Program-made: the position numbers and the translations under genes
Assembly (NCBI RefSeq): GCF_006345805.1
Contig: NC_043003.1
Span: 23,498,001 to 23,562,000 of the forward strand
Source: Octopus sinensis
Lineage: Eukaryota
DNA: 64,000 nt
Direction: 5' to 3'
Shown: piece by piece, positions 13,258 through 25,762 of the stretch
Layout of the letters: each line of letters opens with the position of its first letter
Numbering within the stretch: position 1 is the stretch's first letter
The notes under the pieces: model-generated
The model's database searches: none
What the model saw: only the letters and a program-made list of their open reading frames with translations
What the model was told of the DNA's origin: nothing

Positions 13258-13692
13258 GTTATCACCATACTAATATGGCATTCTTATAAAAATAAGAATA
13301 AAGCTGACCGCTTATTAGCTCCATGAGGCCATCGCCTTAAGTTAGCTATTTGATACACAAACTGTATCCATATAACCTTCGAACAAGGGAGGTCAGTCGC
13401 TCCACACTACTTGACCGACAGCTACAGACGCGTTTCGGGGTATTGCCCCTTTTCAATGCAGCGTAGTCAGACCAGTAGGTGTCGCTTCCGACAATCTCTG
13501 TTCGAAGGTTTTATTTACCTAGTTTCGGTGGAATACATCCACTTGTTTTCAATAATAGAAATATTAAAATTACTAAGTCTCTCTAAAAGAGAACACGGCA
13601 GCGTTCCCGGAAAATAATAGTTATCGCCATACTAATATGGCATTCTTATAAAAATAAGAAGAGAGACTTAGTAATTTTAATATTTCTATTAT
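13253..13692 (-). mobile_element. Penelope pLTR / retrozyme-like repeat: 362-bp unit, 46-bp restart and 32-bp inverted piece
   Basis: 13253-13298 recurs at 13615-13660 (1 mismatch); 13661-13692 is the exact reverse complement of 13552-13583; (TA)n on both flanks; contains hammerhead motifs. Confidence 0.7.
13421..13462 (-). ncRNA. Minimal type I hammerhead ribozyme with U3:A8 core variant
   Basis: Minus strand: GCUGCA-UUGAAAA-GGGG caaua CCCC-GAAA-C gc G-UC/UGUAGC. Stem I (6 bp), stem II (4 bp), palindromic stem III and a GUC site are all present. Confidence 0.75.
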
Positions 13693-14179
13693 ATATATAT
13701 ATGATTATTTACAAGTAAATATATATATATATGTGTGTGTGTTTGAGTGTGTGGGTGTTTGTATGCATGTCTTTATGTACATATTTATCTATCTGTATAT
13801 ATGTATATGCATATGTATGTGTGTGTGCTTGTGTGTGTGTGTTATTTTGTGTGAGTGTATTTGTGTATTTGTCAACAGACGAATTCACATTAAGTATATT
13901 GATCCCTACAAGTGATCCGGGTCGGATTCTAAATATTTTATTTAGGTATATCCCTCAGTGCAGATGTGTGACTTCGTGTGATTCCAACAGAGGTCGCGTT
14001 AAAATAAAGTTTGCTTAGCAATGTTTCTTCTTGCCCTTCGTGTACAGAGGTGGCAAATTAAAGTATATAGCTTTACTCTTATGGATAATCCATTACAAAT
14101 ATCAGTTACAAAAAAGAAACAAATTCACACCACAGCGGAAAAAGTATTAGAGATGACAGTCAGTATATATAAAGGTACA

Positions 14180-14547
14180 AACGCTGCATACACGTAGTCT
14201 GGCGCACATACAGTCACTCGTGAAAATGCACACGCACATACAATTTCATATCTAGTACGAAGCTCTCAGTGACTAGCCCCATACAACCAGGCAATTTTAA
14301 GCATGCTCGCCGAGAATGCAGCATCTGCCCCTCTGTTAATAGAACTACAACCATTATTGAGTCGAATATATATTACATTGCTCAAAAATTCTGCTGCACA
14401 CTCTTTAACCATATAATTTTTATAGTATGCAAATATTCAGCCGCCCTCAACGTTAACGAATCCAACAGACGCCTTGCTGATGTCCGGTCTCTCTCATTGA
14501 TCAAATACCCAACGAACACTGAGACAGTGAACGTGCTTTACAGATAA
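14180..14547 (+). pseudogene. Decayed Penelope-like GIY-YIG endonuclease segment (copy 1)
   Basis: Translation QPGNFKHARRECSICPSVNRTTTI..KFCC..NHIIFIVCKYSAALNVNESNRRLAD resembles the PLE pattern PG.F.C....C..C..TT.I..F.C...N.IY.I.C..C..LY.GE..RRL.D; upstream YLVRS linker. Confidence 0.65.
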
Positions 14548-14591
14548 ACTATGAGGTGTATACTATACAATTTATTAACTAATATATATGC

Positions 14592-14998
14592 GTAGGAGTG
14601 GCTGTGTTAAATAGCTTGCTTACCAACCACATGGTTCCGGGTTCAGTCCCACTGCTAGGCATCTTGGGCAAGTGTCTTCAACTATAGCCTCGGGCCGACC
14701 AAAGCATTGTGAGTGGATGTGGTAGACGGGAACTGAAAGAAGCTCGTCGTATATATGTATATATATGTATGTATATATGTACGTGTGTGTATATGTTTGT
14801 ATGTCTGTGTTTGTCCCCCCAACATCGCCTGACAACCGATGCTGGTGGATTTACATCATCGTAACCTAGCGGTTCGGCAAAATTGACCGATAGAATAAGC
14901 ACTAGGCTTACAAAGAATAAGTCATGGGGTCGATTTCCTTGACTAAAGGCGGTGCTCCAGCATGGCCACAGTCAAATGACTGAAACAAGTAAAAGAGT
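14592..14998 (+). mobile_element. tRNA-derived SINE (family C, CORE-like) with internal microsatellite
   Basis: GTAGGAGTGGCTGTG head, GGGTTCAGTCCC B box, CTTGGGCAAGTGTCTT, tail GGCGGTGCTCCAGCATGGCC..TGACTGAAACAAGTAAAAGAG. Confidence 0.9.
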
Positions 14999-15082
14999 AT
15001 GCCTCTTTGTGTATGTGTGTATGTGTGTGTGTGTGTGTGTGTGAGTGTATTGGATATGACTGTTATTATATATGAAAGTAAA

Positions 15083-15465
15083 AACGCTACATATACGTGG
15101 TCTGGCGAATGTACAGTCACTCGTACGACCGCAGACGCACATAGAAGCTCATATTTAGTAAGAAGCTCTGCAGTGCTTAGCTCCATACAACCAAGCCATT
15201 TTAAATGTGCTCGCCGAGAATGCAACATCTGTACCTATGTTAAAAATACTACAACCATTACTGGGTGTAAGAAATCCCATTTCATGGCACAGACATTCTG
15301 ATAAAAACTTTTTCACCTTATAATGTTTATGATATGCACATATTGAGCGGCGTTTAACGTTAAGGAATCCAACTGACACATTGCTGATGTTCCGTCTCTC
15401 TCATTAATCAAATAGCCAAAGAACTCTGTGACTGTGAACGTGCTTTACTGACAAACTACCAAGTT
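15083..15465 (+). pseudogene. Decayed Penelope-like GIY-YIG segment (copy 2)
   Basis: Collinear with 14180-14547; encodes SYLVRSSAVLSSIQPSHFKCARRECNICTYVKNTTTITG. Confidence 0.65.
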
Positions 15466-16431
15466 TATACTCGACAATAGCAGTATATATATATGTGTGT
15501 TTGTGTGTGTGTGTGTGTTTGTGTGTGTGCGTTTGTGTGTTTGTGTGTGTATGTGTTGTGTGCGTGTTTTGTGTGTCTGTCTTTTAATATACATGCACAT
15601 TATTTGGTCAGTGATAGATTCACATACATACACATGTGCACGCATCACCTGAACAGGAACACATCACCTGCTACACAGCACACACGCTCACACACGTTAG
15701 TCTCGCACATATACACACGTCGTTACGCACACACACACACACTCGGCCACACATACTCACACACTCGCTCCCATTCACACATAAACATTCACACACACCA
15801 TTCTCACATACACACGCGCACTTGCGCAACTTAGTTCGTTGGGGGTGTGGTTCACCGTTATCGTCATTATTGCTATTTTCTCCCTTTCATTCAGACTCAT
15901 TTTTTCCAGTCGTCTTGTCGTGTTGAAAAGTTGAATTCTACACATCTTTCTCTCACTGTCTTTTTAAAGACTTTTCCATTCTTCCAGAGGGTTAAATACT
16001 TACACATGTTAGTTGTTCCTCCAAGTGTCGTCTTTTGTTATCTGTAAATTTGAACTATATATATATATATATGGTAAATTAAAAACAAAAGGTAAACAAA
16101 TTGACAAATACTTCACAAGGATATTTAATGTATTTTAGTTATATATTGAATGATAAATTAAATTATACTGAAAAGGAAAATAAATGTCCTTGTCAAGTCT
16201 TGCCAATTTCTTTCTCTTTCCTTTATATTTTACCCTCTAAAGGGAAGCCTCTTCTATCCGTTTTGGAATTGCAGTCACAAAATCATAACTTCCACTACAG
16301 ATCTAAGCGAAAGTTTAGTGGCATACCTATTTGAGCACTCAGAGCGCATGCCTATTGGTTTGAGTCACTCTAACAAGACAAAAACCCCTAGTCTCTTTTA
16401 TCTCTCTCTCTCTCTATCTCTCTCTCTCTGT

Positions 16432-16496
<65 letters not shown>

Positions 16497-16533
16497 AACC
16501 TAGCTATATATATATATGTGATATATATGTATA

Positions 16534-16621
<88 letters not shown>

Positions 16622-16794
16622 CTTATTTAGAGATAGAAGTCCCCTTTATCCCACCATAAAAGATTTTAATTTAATTTAATACTTACTACTCATTTCTCAG
16701 CTACACGTGTTTCTTGAGGTTCATTTACGGTAAAATCGACAAAATGTGTAAAGGGAAGTAGGCTTTAACAAAGATACGAATCTCTGAAATCAAG

Positions 16795-16990
16795 AAAAAA
16801 GCTCTGCAGTAACCAGGCAATTTTAAATCTGCTACCGAGAACCTGACATCTCCTCCTACATCAATAATACTACCACAATTACTGGGTCTAGTGCACATTT
16901 TTAACCCTATAATTTTTATCATATACGTATATAACGCCGTCCTTACCCTTAGAGAATCCAACCGACGCCTTACTGATAGTTTCGCAAGCA
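16795..16990 (+). pseudogene. Decayed Penelope-like GIY-YIG segment (copy 3, shorter)
   Basis: Shares AAGCTCTGCAG..AACCAGGCAATTTTAA..CCGAGAA and GAATCCAACCGACGCCTTACTGAT (ESNRRLTD) with copies 1 and 2. Confidence 0.55.
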
Positions 16991-17198
16991 TATTGACAGC
17001 GTATAACAACGTATATCTGACGAACCTGTCGATACCCCTTCAAAACTACAAGACATTCCATCCAGAAAACAGTGTTATTAGGGACAGCTAGGATTATTAG
17101 GAAGGTACTTAATATCTAAGGTTATTTATTGCTGCCCAATGTTAGGCATTTCTCTTTCCAAATGTCCAATATGTTGTGTGTATATGAATAATAATAAA

Positions 17199-17261
<63 letters not shown>

Positions 17262-17273
17262 TTAATAATAGTG

Positions 17274-17338
<65 letters not shown>

Positions 17339-18418
17339 CAAAACGAAGAGCGCGATTCGATTGTAAGATATTTTTTAGGTGAACGATATTTCAACAATAC
17401 GTCTGTCTTTGTCAAGTTCAAAATAAGAAGTGATAAAAATTGAAAATTACAGAAATTTAAACGTAAAGTATGAACGAGAGCAACCATCGGTTTTTAAGTT
17501 ACAATTTTTATAACAGGCGAAAAGAAAAAGACAGAAAAAGAAGACAACGGAAAAAAAGGAAAGAAAAAGAAAGAAATGAACGGTCTTTCCTTGTATTCTT
17601 ACACCCACTGGTAAATCATTAAATCCTATCATAATCTTCAACTCACATCCTTCCTCATTATTTGCCTTCGTCTCACTCTGGATTTGTCCTGCTTCTCCTT
17701 ATTCCATTATTCTTTCCTTTTACTTTCTCACATCGTTTGTCAACACTCTCTGTTCACAAATGAAGCTCATATGATCCTGCGTTCCATATCAGTTGCAGCC
17801 AGATTCTTTTAAATGTGGATGATATAATTCTACTGTGTTTGATTTGAATAAAGAACTCTCCCGAAAACGCTGGACCTTCTGCTCCTCACAGCTAATTCAA
17901 TCGTTTTATAAATTTTATTACTACATACAGAAGTTTACATACACACATTCATACATAAATACATACATACGTCAAAACATAATGCATACTTACATTCATA
18001 CATACACACCTACATGCATATATACCCACAAATACACATACATATATATATAATACTTATTTTGAGATGAATTTAAGTGTATGGACACTCGGAATTTCTC
18101 GCTCCTGATTTTCAGGTAATAGACGATATGATGAAGGGATCTTGTTTATATTATATATTGCAATGTTATTATCAGTACGAATATGTTTGAGACACGTTCG
18201 AACTGTAGAACACGTTAGTCACTGCATTTTGTAATGAAAAATATATCCCGTTTGTTGACAAATGGTGTGTATACTTATCACTTCTTAACGATTCCCCCTC
18301 TGTAACTTGTTTATATAATCATTTGTTTCGTTTGCTAGCCCGACCTGTTGAAAGAAAATCATACATATATATATATATATGTATGCATGTATGTATCTCT
18401 CTCTTTCTCTCTCTCTCT

Positions 18419-18481
<63 letters not shown>

Positions 18482-19532
18482 GAACATGCATAATGCAATA
18501 CATTTTGTGTTACTGAATTAGAACATTTGAGTCATAATTTTATATAAGACATTGCCCATGTTTTCTAAGTCAGATCAACGATGGATCACATCACACACAC
18601 ACAGGCACAAACACGCGCGCACGAACACACGCACACACACACACAAACAAAGAAACAAACAAACACACACACACACAGAACCATACACACATGCTGATTT
18701 GCAAAATATATATATATACCCTGAGACGATAGATAGATAGATCGATAGACGGACAAACAGACAGATAGTTAGTTAGATAGATAGATGAGGATTTTAGTTC
18801 AATTACAGAAACCGAAATAATCAAACGCAATATATGACAGCATTTGATCACAGAATTACATCAGATGTTCCTGCTCTTCAGAAGTCATATAACATGTGAC
18901 AGTTTCCTTATATAACTCAGGAATGTTATATTTCCCCGATGGCTTCGCTTAGACGCCATTATGGACAAATCTCAAACGAATCACACATAACGTATATCCG
19001 GATACAGAAACAAAACTGGAATATTCAAATGAAATATTTTTGATTCCTTTTATATAATGATTGTACATATACGAAAGATGTGTGATATATAGAACGTAAT
19101 AAAATTAATGTAGTTAGCTTAAAAAAACCCATTAATTTATTAAACACACATTCTTATACACACAAATATATATATATATATATATATCTGTGTTTATGTG
19201 TGTATATTTATGTATAAATATGCATGTAGGTATTTGTGTGTGTGTGTGTGTTGTGTGTATTTCGATGCTGCTTCTTAATTACATTGCGTAGAGATACAGA
19301 GTAAATTTTTCATCCCGATATACAATATCCATGTATATGTGCTTGAGAGCATATGATTATTTGTGTGTTTCTGTTTCAATTACTGCTTACACGTCCCTAG
19401 ATTTCCCACATTCAGTAGTACCAATGTACAGTTTACTAGCATAGAAACATTACTTCAAACTACAAGCACTGCAAGGAATCAGCACACATTATCTTGCAAT
19501 ACTTCACTGTCTCTTGTCCTTCTCTCCGCTCC

Positions 19533-19576
<44 letters not shown>

Positions 19577-19602
19577 TGAAGATATTTTTTGGGCCGGTCA
19601 TA

Positions 19603-19662
19603 AAATGACCATCGGTTTCGCACCAATAAAATGTCTAGCAGTGTAGGCGACTCGTCAGACTT
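19603..19662 (-). ncRNA. Type I hammerhead-like motif with canonical core
   Basis: Minus strand: AAGU-CUGACGA-GUCGCC..GGUGC-GAAA-CC gau GG-UC/AUUU; stems I and II are weak. Confidence 0.5.
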
Positions 19663-20844
19663 AAAGAAAAACATACATTTTTGTGACGACTGTCACAGGC
19701 ACTCATACACGCACAAACACGCATTTAAAGACTAAGACAGACATAGGACTGAGGTGTGCGTGAATGAATGTATGTGTGTGTCTGGTTTAGTATATATATG
19801 TGACTGTACTGCCCAACATTGAAACGCGCCCACTTTGAATAAGTTTAGTGTATTTGCGACCTGGAGTTTGAAGGAACAGCAGCATATATTTGAAGTACCA
19901 CTGTTTGGATTTTTCGCTTCAAAATTGAGACTTGCTGTTTAAACAGCACTAGCGATTATCACTATTTATGTGCTGAAATATTATTCTGGTTTTTATAACC
20001 AGCATGAAGATTTGTCTCATTTGACAGTAATCACCACAGTTGCAAATATATCTGCAAAAATTTATTTTTATTCTGGTTATTATAACAAATTCGGATACAT
20101 CATGAAGTAGAAAGCCTTAGCGTCTCTTTCAATATAATTACAGAGATGTTATTTCAGTCCTTGCAACCAGTTCGAACATAATGTTTTTTTAACAGTCCTA
20201 GTACCCTTATCATATTCCTGCTATGCTGCTTTAACAGTGTTAGTATTCAACGCTTCGCTCTAGTATTTATTACACAACCTATAACCTTACAGTTAAAATA
20301 TGTAGTAAGTGGTGTGAAATTAATTTATGTCTTGCTTCATACATACTTCAGCAAATGTTTTAAATTAATTAACGTTCACAGCAGCAACATATTCTTTTGT
20401 ACACACTTTGTTAAGTGTTCGATACTTGTAAAATAATAAATTATTTTTGTATGAAAAAATTGTTTTCTCAATTTTCTTGGAACTTGACTTTCTTCACTGT
20501 CACATTCAATCCTGAATTTTATACATTTAGTATATTTTTCAAATAAATGTTGACTTTCAGTACTTTTACAGTGATGACGCATAGTAATTTTTGTTAAACT
20601 GGAGACTTTCCGACGCTAGAATACTTTTTTGGAAATATTCCCTAAAAAAACATGTTATAGCATACCTATGCTACAGTAAGCATGATTTGCGACTATATTG
20701 ACTACTTATCGTTTCGCTTGAATTTCGTGTGTGTATGTTTCACTGTTCTCATTATTATCAATTCCTTGAGTGCATCTGCGAGTTTGTTTGTGTGTGTTTC
20801 CGCGTTCGTTACGTCTATAGTAAGCTATAGTGAAGGAAGTTTAC

Positions 20845-21455
20845 GCTGATTTAATGAACCCAAATCTAATGAGATAGTCATCAATATGGTAGGTGATCCT
20901 CATGAAAATCGTGCTCGAGATAACAACCTTAATGTGTTTCAGAGACTCATTCCTCTTATGATGCTCTCCAGTATCCTTTTATTTTGTGAAATGGACAAGA
21001 TAGGTATCATTTCAATATTCCACAGATTGAACTTGCAACACGAGAGCCAATTACAAACAAAAAGGTGTCGTCAAATGACTTCTGTTCTTACCAACTGATG
21101 TTAATACCAGAGCAACCAAATCAGTTACACATGCATCGTGATTTGTTTCACCTACACCTGGTTGATATGTATGCTAAATCTGAGAGTCAGTATCTCTTCT
21201 ATATTCGTAAAAATCAAAAAAATGTAAGGGCTAAAAATTACGTTCATCTCCAAGATGCTCTGAGCATAGATGGGGATATTCAAAACATGGGGCAACTTAT
21301 AATCTTCCCATCATCATTCACAGGTGGTCCTCAATAGATGCACGAACAAACACACGTTGCTATGACATATGTCACGATATATGGAAAAACCAGATCTTTT
21401 TGTCACTTCCACCAGCAATCCTGAATGGGAAGAACTGACATCTAACCTTCTTCCA
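20845..21455 (+). pseudogene. Helitron Rep (HUH replication initiator) fragment
   Basis: Encodes YDALQYPF, LVDMYAKSES, YVHLQDAL, FPSSFTGGPQ*MHE..AMTYV and KPDLFVT..NPEWEE, matching Helitron LPSSFTGGPRYMHE..DAMTYV..YG.PDLFITFTCNP.W; stops and frameshifts present. Confidence 0.9.
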
Positions 21456-21711
21456 TTATTGCATCTTCTGGTTTTGCAGCTACTTTTCTCAAGGGGGCAA
21501 AGAACTGCTTATTCTACTGTAAATGTTTTATCGTCTCTTTAATTTTTTTCTATATGGTATGATTCACTTATATCATTGTTGAATTGCTACGTGGTTGTTC
21601 TTCTCTAGTTTATATATATATATATATAGTGAAATTTGATCTTCTATTGCTAAATTGAATTTTCCCCTGTAACTTTGGAATCATATTCCCTAGTATTATT
21701 ATTATTATTAC

Positions 21712-21848
<137 letters not shown>

Positions 21849-22689
21849 AAATTACAAGGGTACAATTTGGTATCAACATTGCTAGGAATAAGAGCCCAAA
21901 CGACCAATTAGCTACAAAAGCGATATCTTAATAGGCTGAAGGAGACAAAGCTCCTTTGTCTTAAGGAGACGAAGTTCCCTACTGAAGTAGCAGTTATACC
22001 CATGCAATGTGATCTCGAATTCTGTTGCTTAGCACCTCAATTCTCGTCTGTGGATCTTACTCTGCTCAATGTTAAGCTCAACTCACCTCATCAACTTATA
22101 AGAAAAATCGTGGAAGACATGTGCTGTTTCAAGTCGGTAGAATTGTAGGCTATAAAATAATGTAGCTGGCTTATTAGCAATTAAAACCTAAAGACAAATT
22201 TATAAACGTCACTAAAGTGACAAGTGTACAAAGTGGTACCATCATCACTAGAAGTAAAAGTCAAAACTACTCATTAGCTAAAGAAAGCACTATATTAATA
22301 AGTTGACGGAGACTGCTCCCTCCTGTAGTGAGACGAAGTCTCTTACTGAAGTAACAGATATACCCATCTCACGTGATTTTGAATTCATTCATACACAGAC
22401 ACGAGCGCACACACACACACATACACAGAATCATATTCTGACTTAAAATTAATGATCAATTCTTGTTTGGACATTCAATAAATTTTAAGCCCACGCAGAG
22501 AACTATAAGAAACTCGTAAGAGAAATGATTAATGGTAGTAGGTCTATAAAAGGCGGAAATGTCACTTGAAAATTTGGAGGTGAGTCATTTGTATAACATC
22601 AATATATTTGTTCTGGTTTTTGAAGGTTTTAATGGTATGCGAGTCTTATGAATCTGAGTCGGTAAGCACGGTCATTTCTATATATCTAA

Positions 22690-22935
22690 CATGTTCATCT
22701 TATTTACATTATTTACATTCGGCGGATATTTGTCCTCATCTTGTTTCCTGTTAACGCAACTTTTCGGCTGATATACCCTCCGGCCTTCATCAGGTGTCTT
22801 GGGGAAATTTCGAGCGGTCAGTGGCTTCGCTGAATCTGCCTTTGTTTAAGGATTAATTATTTTGAACCGTTCTTATGATTACAAGGATACGCTTGACTTA
22901 ACTTCGGGACTAAATAATCCATTGCTTTCTATTAT
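22690..22935 (-). mobile_element. Penelope-like pLTR fragment with mutated hammerhead (22753-22798)
   Basis: Minus strand GACAC-CUGAUGA-A-GGC..GCC-GAAAA-GUU/GCGUU; C15.2 replaced by A and one stem I mismatch. Confidence 0.6.
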
Positions 22936-23409
22936 CAGAAAATCACAAATAAATATATTTCACTGAAGTCGATGATAAGAAATCAAAGGAAATAATTCCA
23001 TCCGCTAAGAGAGAATAATACACGCATTTATAGGTGTATATAACTTCAATAACTGATGTACTTATATCAGAGTGTATATATATACACAGAGAGGGAGAGA
23101 GAGAGTGTGTGTGTGCAAGAGAGAGACATACATATATATATATAATTAGCCATACAAGTGCATGTATGTATATACGTTTATACTTATATACATATACATG
23201 CACATAATAATGCATTGCAATTATATAATCTAAGGACGCTTTATTACTCTGAGCGCTCGAGTAAACTATAGGTTATAGAAGATACAATATTATATAGAAA
23301 ATTAATCACAATTGAAATGCGAATCTGCAATTGCATAAAGAATTAGATGGCTGCTTGTTGGATCAATGCGGTTATAATAAATCTGGAATATATTCATAAG
23401 GCTTTTCCT

Positions 23410-23436
23410 TGAATAATAATAATAATAATGATGATG

Positions 23437-23479
<43 letters not shown>

Positions 23480-23490
23480 TGATATTAATG

Positions 23491-23535
<45 letters not shown>

Positions 23536-23652
23536 TTGATGATGAAGATTGTGATAATAATAAAATAGTAGTAGTAGTGCGGTAGCAGCAGCAGCAGTAG
23601 CAGCAGTAGTGGCAGTAGTAGTAGTAGTAGTAGTAGTAGAAGCAGCAACAGC

Positions 23653-23688
<36 letters not shown>

Positions 23689-23715
23689 TGTAGTAGTAGT
23701 AGTAGTAATAATAAC
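23410..23715. repeat. Compound (AAT)n/(AGT)n/(AGC)n microsatellite
   Basis: Direct reading. Confidence 0.95.
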
Positions 23716-25562
23716 AAGAAGAATATTGCTCATGTAAAATGTATCAAGACGTAATATAGCAGAGATTTATATGAATAATTGTGCTATAGGAACATTCATT
23801 GAAGCATAACTCATCATTAGAATATGATATACATACCTATCTACATACGTAAATAAAGGTTAACGGTTAGGTCATTATTTTAAAGCTAGTTGAAGAATAA
23901 CAGCTGGATATTTTGAAATAGGATGACTCCATACTGTGGACAAAATGAAATTTATCATAAGATTCGTATTGAATGGCGATTCAAGTTCATACAACATATG
24001 ACATAAGCCTTTAGTTTGAATTTGAAGTAGCCCCAGCCAACACGAAATTTATAATATATATATATTTACATATGTATATATATATAAATATATATATATA
24101 GGGAGATTTATCTGCGGGAGAAATGTTGCATAATGTATTTGTTCAGGATGTTTGTGTTCTGTGTTGATATCCGTTCATGGTTCATTTAATTGTAATCTTA
24201 ACGCATTCTCTAGTTTAACACTCTAACTGCCACCATAGATATGTCCCCAAATGCCTCCAATTGTGTTACAACCATTCTGGATACATTTCCGGGCTCAGGA
24301 TTCATTAATCTATCACTTCCAAAAGACTCCGTTGCCGTAGTAGATGTTGCGAGCAATGCCGTTCCACCTGACTAAATTTTGTTTAAATGGATAACAGAAA
24401 CGAGAAAATCGGTTTGTATCAGCATATTAACCATTTATTTATGCATTTATATTTCGAAAACACATGCATATATTTACGCATATATACCTATACATACATG
24501 TATAAATACATACATACATACATGCATACATACATACAAACATACATACATACATACATACATACATACATACTACATACATACATACATACATACATAC
24601 ATACATACATACGTACGTACGTACATATATACCTACAGCTTAGATCTATCATGGCGTTTGATGTGGCTTTTAAAACCAGGCAGTCCTTTGCAAAGACGCC
24701 CACATAAATTGCATATATGCTTTGGGCCACTAAGAGCTGCAGTTAAGTTCTAATCTTTGTGGATCATAAAATGTCTATTGAGGCCTCCGTTTGATTTGCA
24801 GACCTTATAGCATACACGGCATTGACAGGTATGCACTTGTAGAAAGGCAGTGTAGTTAGTGGAGGATAATTTGTCATGGGTCTGCAAATGAGATTTAAGC
24901 CCAGCAAAAGAAAGGTATGGTCTGTCACAATTTGTGCACAGAAAAACTTTGTTAGGATTAAGTTTCTCCTTGGTCGTATCATTTTTCTTTTATGTTTTTT
25001 TTCAGTTTTGCATAGGTCATACTTACATAAGTACATACATACAAAAATACCTACGCTGAACTATTGAGAAATTTGCAGTTTACAAGTTGAAGTTAGTGCC
25101 TGTAATTATTGAGTTACTGGTATATGTAACACACTGCCTAAATAACACTCTTGAAAAATTAGGCTTCTCAAAACCAGAAAGAAGAAAGCTGATTCGAAGC
25201 TTGCTTATCCAACGCATGACTGAAACTGTAAATATCTGTAAAACTTTCCACAAGTTTATATGAGCATGGATATACATGCAACTATATGCATGAGAATACA
25301 TACATAGAGCAAAACATACAAAACTGCTCATATGCATACGTTCATGCATACAAAAATAACCTGCGGATGTTGAAATTCCAATCAAGGAACTTTGGATCTA
25401 GGTTAGAAAGCGACTCTTTCAGTATTGGCAAGAGATTTTAAATAAACTAAATAATGACTTACATATATGTGTGTATATATACATATATAGATACATGAAT
25501 CCCTGTGTGTGTGTACCTTTATATATGTATATGTAAGTGCGCATATATATATATATATATAT

Positions 25563-25602
<40 letters not shown>

Positions 25603-25634
25603 TATATATATAATATATATATATATAATTATAT

Positions 25635-25682
<48 letters not shown>

Positions 25683-25762
25683 ATAATAAATATTAGGGAA
25701 TAAATCCAAATTTACAGGGAAAAAATCAGATTTAGGATTAAATCAATTTTATAGTAAAATAT

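Noticed and set aside
20050-20582. Possible hAT-like transposase remnant on minus
   Set aside because: Only vague similarity after assuming frameshifts.
24190-24367. Possible minus-strand exon (GTALLATSTTATESFGSDRLMNPEPGNVSRM...)
   Set aside because: Weak acceptor, no clear donor and no recognisable homology.
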